DNA of 64,000 nucleotides from Chitinophaga pinensis (lineage in GTDB: Bacteria; Bacteroidota; Bacteroidia; 2-12-FULL-35-15), in the NCBI GenBank assembly GCA_945885475.1, contig CAMCYR010000009.1:16062-80061 (forward strand), written 5' to 3'. The notes under the pieces are model-generated. The model had not been told where the DNA came from. It did no database searches and saw only the letters and a program-made list of their open reading frames with translations. Every line of letters begins with the position of its first letter. Position 1 is the stretch's first letter. A program made the translations under genes and the position numbers. Below are positions 30,464-41,498 of this stretch, piece by piece.

Positions 30464-32926
30464 TTGATCGAAAAAAAAATGAAAAAGATAATTGTCGAAA
30501 AAAAATCAACTCTAGGAATATTCGTGTTACTCCTATTTATTTTACTAAACAATTTGGTTATAAATGCAGCAACTACGTTTCAGAAAACATTTGGCGGCAC
30601 ATCTGATGAATACGGCTATGCGACCGAACAATTAAGTGATGGAGGATATATCATGTGTGGAAGAACAATCAGTTTCGGAGTTGGTGGATTCGACAATTAT
30701 TTAATTCGATTAAATGCCAATGGAGATACCTTATGGACAAAAACATATGGCAATACAGGTTACGATGAAGCACAATCTATCAAACAAACGAGTGACGGCG
30801 GGTTTATTATGGTTGGGCAAACGGCAACTGTAGATTATGCTGGCGATGTGTACCTCGTAAAAACGGATGCGAATGGTGTACTGGTTTGGTCGACTGCATT
30901 TGGAACGGCAACTAAATTTGATTTCGGTTATTCTGTTCGACAAACGTCTGACGGTGGATATATTATTGCTGGACTAACCAATAGCACAGGTGCTGGACTT
31001 AGGGATGTTCTACTAATAAAAACAAATTCGACAGGTGTTTTACAATGGTCAAAAACCTATGGCGGCGCGGCTGACGACGAAGCCAGGTCTGTTGAAGAAA
31101 CAGCAGATGGAGGATTTATAGTATCCGGATTTACGCAAAGCTATGGTTCTGGCTACCAAATGTATCTTATCAAAACAAATTCAACTGGAAATGTTACATG
31201 GTCGAAAACCTTTGGTGGTGGCGGCTTGGAACTAGGCTATTCAGTAAAACAAACTTCTGATGGCGGGTATGTTCTATTAGGATATTCCGACTCGTATGGC
31301 TCAGGACTTTTAGATGTTCTGCTTGTAAAACTCACATCAACAGGAAGTATATCCTGGAGCAAAACCTACGGAGGCACTGCCGACGATTATGGACTGTGTA
31401 TATATATTACTATCGATGGTGGATATATTATTTCTGGTAGAACATCAAGTTATGGTGCCGGTGGAGGTGATTATTATTTAATAAAAACAGATGTGAATGG
31501 CGTTCACCAATGGTCGAAAGCATATGGTGGAACAGCTGTTGATCAAGCTGGAAATGTTCGACAAACGGCGGATGGAGGCTATATACTAACAGGCTACACA
31601 ATGAGTTTTGGTGCAGGGATAAGAGAGGCTTATCTTGTAAAAACAGATGCTACTGGTGCATCAGGATGTAATGAATTTACGGCTACGACTCAAACAACTT
31701 CAGCCACTGTAGCAAACAGTACAGGTGCCACAGAAGGTCTTGGTCTAAGTGCAGTAAGCCCAGTTACGGCAACAAGAAGAGTAAAGCCTGTTGTCACTAC
31801 TTCATGTTCTTCAAGTGCTTGTACTTTAACAATTGCCTCCTTTGCACAAACAAATGTTACTTGCAATGGAAGTACGAATGGAACTTCTTCCATTTCAAGT
31901 ACAGGTGGCGTTGGTACCTTAACTTACAACTGGACACCTGGAAATCCAATAGGAGATGGGACAGCAAGTGTTACAAATTTAAGCGCTGGAACTTATAGTT
32001 GCACAGTTACGGATGCAAATGGTTGCACGGCATTGCAAACAGTTACAATTACTCAACCGAATGTACTTGTTTCAACTATAACTTCACAAACAAACGTGAG
32101 TTGTTTTGCAGGAACAAATGGAGCTGCAAGTATTTTAGTAAGTGGTGGAACAACTGCATATAGTTACAACTGGACGCCCGGAAATCCAACTGGAGACGGA
32201 ACAACAAGTGTTACAAATTTAAGCGCTGGAAGTTATAGTTGCACCATCACAGATGCAAACGGATGCGCGGCATCGCAATCAGTTACAATCACGCAAGCTG
32301 CTGCCATAAATAACGCACAAAATATTTCTATTTGTGCCGGACAAACTCTTGTTATTGGAACAAATAGCTATTCAAGTTCAGGAATTTATACGGATGTGTT
32401 AGCTGCAATAAATGGATGCGACAGCACTGTAACAACTACTCTCACTGTAAATCCTTTAATAGATTTAACAACTACTACATCTGGAAATTCAATCACTGCA
32501 AATACAAGTCCAGCGAACTATCAATGGATTGATTGTAATAATGGAAACAGTTTACTTGTTGGAGCAACATCGCAAGTATATACTTCAGCAGCGAATGGAA
32601 ATTATGCTGTAATTATTAGTCAAAATGGATGCAGTGATACGAGTGCTTGTGTAACTATTACAACTACCGGTATTGTATTAAAACCAAACAATGAATACTT
32701 ACAGATTTTTCCTAATCCAACAACGTCAACAATAACGTTAAAAGGACTTTCAGCTGATAGTGATATACATATCATGAATGCATTGGGACAAACACTATTT
32801 TCTAAAACGATCAATCAAAAGGATGTAGAAAAAATCATTGATCTTTCTGATTTTAAAAACGGGATGTATTATATACAAATAGAGAATAAAGAGACGACCG
32901 TATCAAGAAAAGTAATAAAGGAATAA
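30464..32926 (+). CDS. T9SS cargo protein: ~8 beta-propeller-type ~50-aa repeats + S/T linker + 2 SprB repeats + two Cys modules + type-A CTD
   Basis: 820 aa; repeats 'YGGxxxDxAxSVxQTSDGGYIxxGxTxSxGxGxxDxLLIKTNSTGxxxWSKTYGG'; C-terminal 'QIFPNPTTSTITLKGL...GMYYIQIENKET' CTD. Confidence 0.85.
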   Translation: MIEKKMKKIIVEKKSTLGIFVLLLFILLNNLVINAATTFQKTFGGTSDEYGYATEQLSDGGYIMCGRTISFGVGGFDNYLIRLNANGDTLWTKTYGNTGYDEAQSIKQTSDGGFIMVGQTATVDYAGDVYLVKTDANGVLVWSTAFGTATKFDFGYSVRQTSDGGYIIAGLTNSTGAGLRDVLLIKTNSTGVLQWSKTYGGAADDEARSVEETADGGFIVSGFTQSYGSGYQMYLIKTNSTGNVTWSKTFGGGGLELGYSVKQTSDGGYVLLGYSDSYGSGLLDVLLVKLTSTGSISWSKTYGGTADDYGLCIYITIDGGYIISGRTSSYGAGGGDYYLIKTDVNGVHQWSKAYGGTAVDQAGNVRQTADGGYILTGYTMSFGAGIREAYLVKTDATGASGCNEFTATTQTTSATVANSTGATEGLGLSAVSPVTATRRVKPVVTTSCSSSACTLTIASFAQTNVTCNGSTNGTSSISSTGGVGTLTYNWTPGNPIGDGTASVTNLSAGTYSCTVTDANGCTALQTVTITQPNVLVSTITSQTNVSCFAGTNGAASILVSGGTTAYSYNWTPGNPTGDGTTSVTNLSAGSYSCTITDANGCAASQSVTITQAAAINNAQNISICAGQTLVIGTNSYSSSGIYTDVLAAINGCDSTVTTTLTVNPLIDLTTTTSGNSITANTSPANYQWIDCNNGNSLLVGATSQVYTSAANGNYAVIISQNGCSDTSACVTITTTGIVLKPNNEYLQIFPNPTTSTITLKGLSADSDIHIMNALGQTLFSKTINQKDVEKIIDLSDFKNGMYYIQIENKETTVSRKVIKE

Positions 32927-32944
32927 ATTTGCTTAACACTAATT

Positions 32945-32994
32945 CTATGATAAACATAGCTTTCAATTATAGTTGAACCTTATGTTTATCATAG
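32945..32994. terminator. Long-loop hairpin (perfect 14-bp stem ctatgataaacata / tatgtttatcatag, 22-nt loop) between convergent genes
   Basis: Inverted repeat read directly at 32945-32958 and 32981-32994 between cargo gene (+) and purL (-) 3' ends. Confidence 0.45.
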
Positions 32995-33003
32995 ATTAAA
33001 GAA

Positions 33004-35232
33004 TTATTTTAACAATTCACCCAATGCGCTGTCGAAGATCTTTTTAGCAGCGGCAACAGTACCAAATGATTCGTCATCAACAATCATTTCGTTTCCTTTC
33101 ACATCACCAAGATATTCGAATTCAGCTCGGGAAGCCATCATCAGGTCGATAAATTTATCTTCATCCGATTTTTTAACCGAAACAATAACGCGGCTCTGAG
33201 CTTCCCCAAATAAAAATGCATCTTTACGGATTTCGGAATCAAAACTAATATCGAAGCCCAAACCATTTGTCATAGCACTTTCTAGTAAGGTAATAAATAA
33301 TCCACCATCGGCACAATCGTGAGCAGATTGAACAACACGTTCTTTAATGATTGTCTTTACAGCCTTTTGAACTTCGTATTCTTCATCTAAATTAAAGAAC
33401 GGAGCAGGGGTATTTTTTACATTGTGAAAAGAATATAAATATTCAGAAGAATTAATACAATTTTTAGAACTACCGATTAGGTAAATAGAATCACCCTCAT
33501 TTTTAAAATTCAAGGTCATACGGTTCGCCTTGTCTTTCATCACTCCCAACATTCCGATTGTAGGTGTAGGAAAAACAGGACCTTCATAAGAAGATTGATT
33601 GTAAAAACTTACATTTCCGCCGGTAACAGGGGTTTCAAACTTAATACACGCGCTTCCCATTCCTTTAATAACATTCACAAATTGCCAATATACTTCAGGA
33701 TTATAAGGATTTCCAAAATTAAGACAGTTGGTAATTGCTGAAGGCTCAGCACCACTGCAAACGATATTACGTGCCGCTTCGGAAACAGCAATTGCACATC
33801 CAACTTCAGGATCGGCATTCACATAGCGTGCATTACAATCTACTTTCAGAGCAATCGCCTTTTTTGTACCTTTAATATTCACGATTGCAGCGTCAGAAGG
33901 CGCATTTGTACTCATGTTTGCCGTACCAACCATTGAATCGTATTGATTATAGACCCATTGTTTGGATGCGATATTCGGATGGGAGATCAAAAAATCTGCG
34001 ACAGCTTTCAGATCTTTCGGAACCTCAACTGAATCGATATTAAACTTTTGAGCTTCTTTAAAATAAGCTGGCTCTTTGTAATCTCTGTGATATACCGGTG
34101 CACCGCCACCTAAAACAAGATCAAAAGCAGGAACATCAGCAACCAATTCATCACCAACATAAAACTTAATACGTTTTGTGTCTGTAACTTGTCCGATCAA
34201 CGCACAATTTAAATCCCATTTAGCAAATACTTTTTCAACATCTTTCTCTCTTCCTTTTTTCACAACGATCAACATGCGCTCCTGAGATTCGGAAAGAAGA
34301 ATTTCGAATGGTTGCATATTCGCCTGACGAGTAGGCACTCTGTCCAACCAAATATCCATTCCATGTTCGCCCTTTGCAGACATTTCAGAGGTTGAGCAAG
34401 TGATACCTGCCGCACCCATATCCTGCATACCAATAACAGCACCCGTTTTTATTACTTCTAATGTTGCTTCCAAAAGTAATTTTTCTTGAAAAGGATCCCC
34501 AACCTGAACAGCTGGCAGATCTTTTGCTGAATCTTCAGTAATATCCGCAGAGGCGAATGTTGCTCCGTGAATACCATCTTTTCCGGTTGCTGATCCAACA
34601 ATAAAGACAGGATTACCAACACCGTAAGAAGTCGCAGAAACCGTTTCACCGGCTTTTACGATACCTGCACTCATCGCATTCACCAGTGGATTCACATTGT
34701 AGCAGTCATCAAAAAACACTTCACCGCCAACACAAGGAATACCAAAAGCATTACCATAATCTCCAATTCCTTTTACAACTCCCTTTACAAGCCATTTTGT
34801 TTTTTCCAATTTAATATCACCAAATCGCAGTGAATTCAGCTGTGCAATCGGGCGAGCACCCATTGTAAAAATATCACGATTGATCCCTCCTACGCCTGTT
34901 GCTGCTCCTTGGTATGGTTCCAAAGCACTCGGATGATTGTGAGATTCAATTTTGAAAGCGCAACCTAAACCATCACCTATATCAACCAATCCCGCATTTT
35001 CTTCACCCGCTTCAGCAAGAATATAAGGTCCTTTTTTAGGAAGTTTTTTCAACCAAACAATTGAATTCTTATAAGAACAGTGCTCACTCCACATGACTGA
35101 AAAGATGCTTAGTTCGGTAAAATTTGGCACACGCCCAAGTATCGCTATGATCTTTTCATATTCATCTTGTAATAAGCCTAATTTCTTCGCTGTTTCAACG
35201 GTCGTTAATTGATCTTGTGCAGTTGTTGACAT
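33004..35232 (-). CDS. purL: Phosphoribosylformylglycinamidine synthase subunit PurL
   Basis: 742 aa; '[14 protein letters not shown]...' and AIR-synthase-related domains typical of PurL. Confidence 0.95.
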   Translation of the reverse strand: MSTTAQDQLTTVETAKKLGLLQDEYEKIIAILGRVPNFTELSIFSVMWSEHCSYKNSIVWLKKLPKKGPYILAEAGEENAGLVDIGDGLGCAFKIESHNHPSALEPYQGAATGVGGINRDIFTMGARPIAQLNSLRFGDIKLEKTKWLVKGVVKGIGDYGNAFGIPCVGGEVFFDDCYNVNPLVNAMSAGIVKAGETVSATSYGVGNPVFIVGSATGKDGIHGATFASADITEDSAKDLPAVQVGDPFQEKLLLEATLEVIKTGAVIGMQDMGAAGITCSTSEMSAKGEHGMDIWLDRVPTRQANMQPFEILLSESQERMLIVVKKGREKDVEKVFAKWDLNCALIGQVTDTKRIKFYVGDELVADVPAFDLVLGGGAPVYHRDYKEPAYFKEAQKFNIDSVEVPKDLKAVADFLISHPNIASKQWVYNQYDSMVGTANMSTNAPSDAAIVNIKGTKKAIALKVDCNARYVNADPEVGCAIAVSEAARNIVCSGAEPSAITNCLNFGNPYNPEVYWQFVNVIKGMGSACIKFETPVTGGNVSFYNQSSYEGPVFPTPTIGMLGVMKDKANRMTLNFKNEGDSIYLIGSSKNCINSSEYLYSFHNVKNTPAPFFNLDEEYEVQKAVKTIIKERVVQSAHDCADGGLFITLLESAMTNGLGFDISFDSEIRKDAFLFGEAQSRVIVSVKKSDEDKFIDLMMASRAEFEYLGDVKGNEMIVDDESFGTVAAAKKIFDSALGELLK

Positions 35233-35496
35233 ATATTTTATTAATTATTATTTTATATTAAGCTATTCCGTTTAAGAATCGGGCCGCAAACATCCTTTTT
35301 GAAGAGTTCAAATTTACGCAAAAACCACTCTATTGCACAGAATAATTTATTTGGAGTTTTCAACAGTTTTTGAATTACTATATTTGGACAAAATATAACT
35401 AGCAAAAGCATATTCCGTTTATTTTTCTGATTTTTACGAATTACGCGTTTTTATCAGCAAAATAGCTTTCTCAGCTCGTTCAACAGCAAAAAAAAC

Positions 35497-36828
35497 TTGG
35501 AAATAGTACTAACGATAACATACTCAGCACTTTTCATCTTTTTAATCCATAAGATGGACTTCTTCAACGTGGATGGAATCTCTAAACGCGGACTTACAAT
35601 TCTATTTATCTTGAAACTGCTTTTCGGATTTACGCTTTGGGCGATCTATACATTTTATTACACAGAAAGAGTCACAGCGGATATTTACAAATATTTTGAT
35701 GACAGCAAAGTCATTTTTGACAGCTTAAAAACAAATCCGTCTGACTATTTTAAAATGTTATTCGGGATAAAAAATAACACGCTTGCCTTTGATCAATATT
35801 ACTCGCAGATGAATTTTTGGGCCCAAAAATCGGGTGCTAGTATTTACAATGACAGCCATACGATTATCCGCTTCAATGCCTTTATAAGAATATTCTCTTT
35901 CGGATATTACAATGTTCATACGGTAGTTATTTGTTTTCTTTCATTGATAGGCCTGACAGCTATTTATAAAACATTTGTTACCGAATTGCAGGATAAAAAA
36001 AAGGAATTACTTTTTGCTGTATTTCTTCTACCTTCGGTGCTATTTTGGGGCTCCGGGGTATTAAAAGAAGGTTTAATCTTATTTACACTGGGATTATTCA
36101 TCTACTATTCCAACAAATTGTTCAAGTTCAGAGCCCTTATTTTTTTTATGGGAGCAGCTTTATTGCTTGCAGTATCTAAGTTTTATGTATGGATTGCTGT
36201 ATTACCAAGTATTGCTTTATTAATATGGTCAAATTTAAATCGCTCAAAAAAAATATTTCTAAACTATTTTTTGATTCTTTTATTTATCGGAACGATCGGG
36301 ATGAACATCGATTCTTTTACAGCCATTCAAAATCCGTTAGTAACTCTTTCACAAAAACAGTTAGAGTTTATTCAATTAGCAAACGGTCAACTTAGCGACT
36401 CCAACAACAATCCGATTCCTCCGGCAAAAAGTGTGATTCTAATCAACAAACTGGATCCGACCTTTTATTCTGTAGTAAAGAACAGCCCGCAAGCGCTCAT
36501 CAACGCAACGCTGCGTCCGTATTTGTGGGAAGTCAAAACACCAATGATGTTACTTGCAGCAATAGAATCTATGCTACTTCTTATTCTACTCGTAGTGATT
36601 CTCTTTTTCATTCAGCCATTAAAAAACATTAAATGGAAATATGTTTTATTTTGTCTTTCATTTGTATGCCTTCAATTTTTAATCATAGGTGAAACGACTC
36701 CGATTTTGGGAGCAATAGCACGTTACAGAATGATCGCACTGCCTTTTTTGATCATTGCATGCATTTTCATTTACGACAAAGAAAAATTATTAAAGACAAT
36801 GCCTTTTTTTAAAAAAATACTGGATTAA
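35497..36828 (+). CDS. Hypothetical polytopic integral membrane protein
   Basis: 443 aa, ~10 hydrophobic segments; ORF track start is a TTG, true start may be downstream Met (~35554). Confidence 0.5.
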   Translation: MEIVLTITYSALFIFLIHKMDFFNVDGISKRGLTILFILKLLFGFTLWAIYTFYYTERVTADIYKYFDDSKVIFDSLKTNPSDYFKMLFGIKNNTLAFDQYYSQMNFWAQKSGASIYNDSHTIIRFNAFIRIFSFGYYNVHTVVICFLSLIGLTAIYKTFVTELQDKKKELLFAVFLLPSVLFWGSGVLKEGLILFTLGLFIYYSNKLFKFRALIFFMGAALLLAVSKFYVWIAVLPSIALLIWSNLNRSKKIFLNYFLILLFIGTIGMNIDSFTAIQNPLVTLSQKQLEFIQLANGQLSDSNNNPIPPAKSVILINKLDPTFYSVVKNSPQALINATLRPYLWEVKTPMMLLAAIESMLLLILLVVILFFIQPLKNIKWKYVLFCLSFVCLQFLIIGETTPILGAIARYRMIALPFLIIACIFIYDKEKLLKTMPFFKKILD

Positions 36829-36843
36829 TAAATTAGTTTAAAT

Positions 36844-38793
36844 TTGTTCAATAACATTAAAAATACAAGTATGAGTTTCAAGAGTTTATTCCGAAAAAAA
36901 TCGGTACATGATATATTAAAGCAAGTTGCAAAAGATGAGGAAGAAGGCGGACACTCATTAGGCAAACACTTAGGCGTAAGGGATCTGGCAGCATTTGGTA
37001 TTGCCGCAATCATTGGTGCAGGTATTTTCAGCACGATCGGAAAAGCAAGTTCAGACGGTGGTCCTGCAGTTATTTTTCTATTTTTATTTACAGCAATTGC
37101 TTGTGGATTTGCAGCGTTTGCCTATGCCGAGTTTGCATCCATGGTTCCAGTTTCGGGCAGTGCATACACGTACTCTTATGTTGCATTCGGTGAATTAATT
37201 GCATGGATTATTGGCTGGGCATTAATTATGGAATATGGGATAGGAAATATTACAGTTGCAATATCGTGGAGTGATTATTTTACAGGCTTATTAAATAGTG
37301 GTGGAATACACCTTCCTCAATGGGTTCAAATGGATTACCTGACCGCTTCAAAAGGTTACGATGACGCAATTGCACTCATGCAAAGTGGAAAAACATTTGA
37401 AAATCTGGCAAGTGCGACACAAGCTGCGCATATTGCATGGACAACAGCACCGACTATTGGACCACTTCATCTTATAGCTGATTTGCCTGCATTAATGATC
37501 ATTATTTTTATTACTTGGCTAGTATATCGTGGAATGAAGGAGTCAAAAAATGCAAGTAATTTAATGGTTGTAATCAAACTTTGTATCATTTTATTAGTCA
37601 TTGCTGTTGGTGTATTTTATGTTGATACAAAAAATTGGGATCCATTTGCTCCAAATGGATTAGGCGGAATACTTAAAGGTGTGTCGGCCGTATTTTTTGC
37701 ATACATAGGTTTTGATGCCATCTCTACCACTGCTGAGGAATGTAAAAACCCTCAACGGGACTTACCAAGGGGTATGATGTGGGCAATAATTATTTGTACG
37801 GTTCTTTACGTTATTATTGCACTTGTGCTTACTGGTATGGTTAATTATTCCGAACTAAATGTAGGAGATCCACTTGCATTTGTTTTCGAAAAATTAAATT
37901 TAAAATGGATGTCCGGAATTATTGCGGTTAGTGCAGTAGTAGCAATGGCAAGTGTTTTATTGGTTTTCCAGATGGGGCAACCACGCATATGGATGAGCAT
38001 GAGTCGTGATGGTTTGCTACCTAAAAAATTCTCGAAAATTCATCCCAAATACAAAACGCCTTCCTTTGCAACAATCGTTGTGGGCTTCGTTGTAGCTGTT
38101 CCTGCATTATTTATGAATTTGACAATGGTAACAGATTTATGTAGCATCGGAACATTGTTCGCTTTTGTTTTGGTGTGTGCAGGGGTATTGGTTTTGCAAA
38201 ATAAAAAAGATATTCCGAGAGGAAAATTCAAAACACCCTATATCAATGCTAAATTTATTATGCCGGTTTTGGTTATTGTTGCGGTGGTACTTTCATTCAC
38301 ATATAATAAAGATGCAACTGTTGCATTTTTGACAAATGAAAAACAAATGAATGATGCAACTACTATTGTAACATCATTAAATGAAAGTCAAATAGATGAT
38401 ATGAAAACGTATTTAATTTCGTCTGACAGTGCAAAATTCGCAGCTAATAACAATGATATTGAAACATATATGAGCGGATTAGATGAGAATGCTTATTCGG
38501 ATTTAGTTCAAAATCTTCCGATTGCTGAAGACATGAAATTTGAATCCGGATTCAGTTTATTTAAACACAAGATCCCCATGTGGATCTTTATTTTAATTTC
38601 AATAGGATTGGTTGTATGGGCATATGTTGAAAATCTTTCACTCATCCCACTGCTAGGACTAACAAGCTGTCTTTACATGATGGCAGAACTAGGATTATCC
38701 AATTGGATTGGATTCGGAATATGGCTGCTTGTCGGTCTTTTAATTTACTTTGGTTACAGTAAAAAACATAGTAAACTAAATGTACATGTATAA
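36844..38793 (+). CDS. APC-superfamily amino acid permease (CAT-like, with extra C-terminal loop and TM helices)
   Basis: 649 aa; 'GAGIFSTIGKASSDGGPAVIFLFLFTAIACGFAAFAYAEFASMVPVSGSAYTYSY' APC signature; 14-TM CAT-like topology. Confidence 0.85.
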   Translation: MFNNIKNTSMSFKSLFRKKSVHDILKQVAKDEEEGGHSLGKHLGVRDLAAFGIAAIIGAGIFSTIGKASSDGGPAVIFLFLFTAIACGFAAFAYAEFASMVPVSGSAYTYSYVAFGELIAWIIGWALIMEYGIGNITVAISWSDYFTGLLNSGGIHLPQWVQMDYLTASKGYDDAIALMQSGKTFENLASATQAAHIAWTTAPTIGPLHLIADLPALMIIIFITWLVYRGMKESKNASNLMVVIKLCIILLVIAVGVFYVDTKNWDPFAPNGLGGILKGVSAVFFAYIGFDAISTTAEECKNPQRDLPRGMMWAIIICTVLYVIIALVLTGMVNYSELNVGDPLAFVFEKLNLKWMSGIIAVSAVVAMASVLLVFQMGQPRIWMSMSRDGLLPKKFSKIHPKYKTPSFATIVVGFVVAVPALFMNLTMVTDLCSIGTLFAFVLVCAGVLVLQNKKDIPRGKFKTPYINAKFIMPVLVIVAVVLSFTYNKDATVAFLTNEKQMNDATTIVTSLNESQIDDMKTYLISSDSAKFAANNNDIETYMSGLDENAYSDLVQNLPIAEDMKFESGFSLFKHKIPMWIFILISIGLVVWAYVENLSLIPLLGLTSCLYMMAELGLSNWIGFGIWLLVGLLIYFGYSKKHSKLNVHV

Positions 38794-38904
38794 TTAATAA
38801 TGAATATCGATCAAAAAAGCAGTGGCAATTGTCACTGCTTTTTTGTTGGACAAAACATTAATGTAAATCGTATATTTGTAAGAACACAAATGAATACTGA
38901 AATC

Positions 38905-39663
38905 ATGAATAAAATAGCATTTATTACCGGTGCAACCTCAGGAATCGGGAAAGCATCGGCTGAATTATTCGCTAAAAACGGATACAATTTAATTATTACA
39001 GGACGAAGAAAAGATCGACTTGAGGAACTTTCCAATCACCTCACTTCTACTTATAAAATTGAAGTCCTTCCATTAAACTTTGATGTCCGAATTTCAAAAG
39101 CCGTTGAGACAGCAATCAATTCCATTCCCGAAAACTGGAAAAAAATCAATGTTTTACTAAACAATGCAGGACTTGCTGCCGGCTTAGGCACTATTCAGGA
39201 AGGCAGCACGGATGACTGGGAACGAATGATCGATACAAATATTAAAGGATTATTATATATAACCAGAAACATTGCACCACTTATGATACATAATGGATAT
39301 GGCCACATTGTGAACATTGGTTCCATTGCCGGAAAAGAAGTGTATGCAAACGGGAATGTATACTGCGCGACAAAACATGCCGTTGATGCTTTGAACAAAG
39401 GAATGCGAATTGATCTGCTTCCTCATAATATTAAAGTAACCGCAATAAATCCAGGAATGGTGGAAACAGAATTTTCCATCGTCCGTTTTAACGGTGATGA
39501 AGAACGAGCAAAAAATGTATACAAAGGATTAGAACCTTTGCTACCGGAAGATATTGCTGAAACTGTTTTCTGGGTGGCCTCCAGACCGGCACATGTAAAT
39601 ATTAATGACATCGTAATAATGCCAACCGTTCAGGCAAACGCAACAACAACAATTCGTAAATAA
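38905..39663 (+). CDS. Short-chain dehydrogenase/reductase (YdfG-like NADP-dependent)
   Basis: 'MNKIAFITGATSGIGKA' Rossmann motif, 'YCATKHA' catalytic YxxxK; ORF track starts at 38800 but Met at 38890 or 38905 more plausible. Confidence 0.85.
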   Translation: MNKIAFITGATSGIGKASAELFAKNGYNLIITGRRKDRLEELSNHLTSTYKIEVLPLNFDVRISKAVETAINSIPENWKKINVLLNNAGLAAGLGTIQEGSTDDWERMIDTNIKGLLYITRNIAPLMIHNGYGHIVNIGSIAGKEVYANGNVYCATKHAVDALNKGMRIDLLPHNIKVTAINPGMVETEFSIVRFNGDEERAKNVYKGLEPLLPEDIAETVFWVASRPAHVNINDIVIMPTVQANATTTIRK

Positions 39664-41439
39664 ATGCAAGTATCACGCTACAAATATCAATTCATAAAAC
39701 GTACTTCTCTTCTCGAAAAAAGTATATTTTTTATATTGATTTTTTTTATTGCATCCTGTTCCTCGAAACAATCGGTAGATCTGATCTTACATAACGGAAT
39801 GATTTACACGGTCGATTCTTCTTTTTCTAATGCAGAATGTTTTGCTGTTAAAGATGGGAAATTTGTTGCCATCGGATCAAATGAAGAGATTTTTTCTAAA
39901 TACAAGTCGGATAAGATCCTGGATGCAAAAGGCAAAGCCGTTTATCCCGGGTTCATCGATTCGCACTGTCACTTTTATGGCTATGGGGAAGGTTTACAAA
40001 CGTTAAATCTGGTAGGAACTAAATCGTTTGACGAAGTAATTGAAAAAGTAATTGAATACGCTAAAATAAACAAATCAGAATGGATCATTGGACGTGGCTG
40101 GGATCAAAACGATTGGGATATTAAAGAATACCCAACACGCTATGAACTTGAAAAACTTTTCCCGAATACCCCCGTTTTCCTGGAACGTATTGACGGACAT
40201 GCCGCAGTCGCGAATGGTGCCGCACTAAAAAAAGCAAAGATCGGACTTGATACAAAAGTTTCAGGAGGGATCATTGAAATCGATTTAATCACAAAAGATG
40301 AAGGTGAAAAATATGATTGGCTGAAATTCGAAAACGGAGGTGAAAAAAAACCCATTCATTATCCATTATCCATAACAAGCGGTATATTAGTTGACAATGC
40401 CGTTGACTTAGTAAAAAAAGAGATTCCAAAACCATCAAAAGAGTCCATTAAAAATGCCTTGCTTGCCGCTCAAAAAAATTGTTTTGCAGTAGGACTGACA
40501 ACTGTTGATGATGCCGGCTTAGAGAAGAAAATAATCGACAACATTGATGAACTCCAAAAGAGTGGTGAGTTAAAAATGCGCATTTATGCAATGTTGACCG
40601 ATAATAAAGAGAATGCTGATTTTTATTTAAAAACAGGCCCCTATAAAACAGATAAATTAAATGTCCGTTCATTTAAATTCTATGCCGATGGCGCCTTAGG
40701 ATCGCGGGGCGCCTGCCTGCTTCACCCCTATTCTGACAAACCGGAGCAACAAGGATTTTTGTTAAGCAAAGCTGAACACTACGACAGTGCAGCGGCAATG
40801 ATCTACGGCAAAGGATTTCAAATGAATACACATTGCATTGGGGATTCGGCTTCGAGATTAATATCCAAGATCTATTTGAAAAATCTTGTTTCGAAGAGTA
40901 CTGTAAGTCCGGCACCAATCCTTTCCAGATGGCGGATAGAACATGCCCAAGTGATCAATAAAGATGATTTAAGTTTCTACTCAGCTATCATTCCATCTGT
41001 GCAACCAACACACGCTACCTCCGATATGTATTGGGCAAAAGACAGATTAGGAGACGATCGTGTGAAAGAGGCTTATGCTTATAATGAGTTATTAAAAGCA
41101 GCAGGAATGATTGCCCTTGGCACCGATTTCCCTGTGGAGAATATTAATCCGATGTATACTTTTTACGCAGCAGTAGCAAGAAAAGACCTTAAAGGATTTC
41201 CTCAAAATGGCTTTCAAATGGAGAACGCCCTATCGCGAGAAAATACTTTACGTGGAATGACGATCTGGGGTGCTTTTGCTAATTTTGAAGAAAAAGAAAA
41301 AGGAAGTATTGAAATTGGAAAGTTTGCAGATTTTGTAATTCTGGAAAACGATATCATGAAATGTGAAATAGATAAAACGCCTGAAACAAAAGTACTTTTC
41401 ACATTTTTAAATGGGGAACAAGTTTACGAGAAAAAATAA
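39664..41439 (+). CDS. Amidohydrolase-family (amidohydrolase_3/YtcJ-like) lipoprotein
   Basis: 591 aa; lipobox 'IASCSS'; 'VYPGFIDSHCHFYGYG' metal-binding HxH; C-terminal 'GTDFPVE' motif. Confidence 0.85.
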   Translation: MQVSRYKYQFIKRTSLLEKSIFFILIFFIASCSSKQSVDLILHNGMIYTVDSSFSNAECFAVKDGKFVAIGSNEEIFSKYKSDKILDAKGKAVYPGFIDSHCHFYGYGEGLQTLNLVGTKSFDEVIEKVIEYAKINKSEWIIGRGWDQNDWDIKEYPTRYELEKLFPNTPVFLERIDGHAAVANGAALKKAKIGLDTKVSGGIIEIDLITKDEGEKYDWLKFENGGEKKPIHYPLSITSGILVDNAVDLVKKEIPKPSKESIKNALLAAQKNCFAVGLTTVDDAGLEKKIIDNIDELQKSGELKMRIYAMLTDNKENADFYLKTGPYKTDKLNVRSFKFYADGALGSRGACLLHPYSDKPEQQGFLLSKAEHYDSAAAMIYGKGFQMNTHCIGDSASRLISKIYLKNLVSKSTVSPAPILSRWRIEHAQVINKDDLSFYSAIIPSVQPTHATSDMYWAKDRLGDDRVKEAYAYNELLKAAGMIALGTDFPVENINPMYTFYAAVARKDLKGFPQNGFQMENALSRENTLRGMTIWGAFANFEEKEKGSIEIGKFADFVILENDIMKCEIDKTPETKVLFTFLNGEQVYEKK

Positions 41440-41498
41440 TGTGTTTGCGATTACAAAAATATAAAATGAGCGCATTGAGTCAGATAAAAATCAGTGAC

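Noticed and set aside
38800-38904. N-terminal 35-aa extension of the SDR ORF ('MNIDQKSSGNCHCFFVGQNINVNRIFVRTQ...')
   Set aside because: SDR enzymes start a few residues before the TGxxxGIG motif. The extension overlaps the permease stop region and has no function-like features, so a start at 38905 (or 38890) is preferred.
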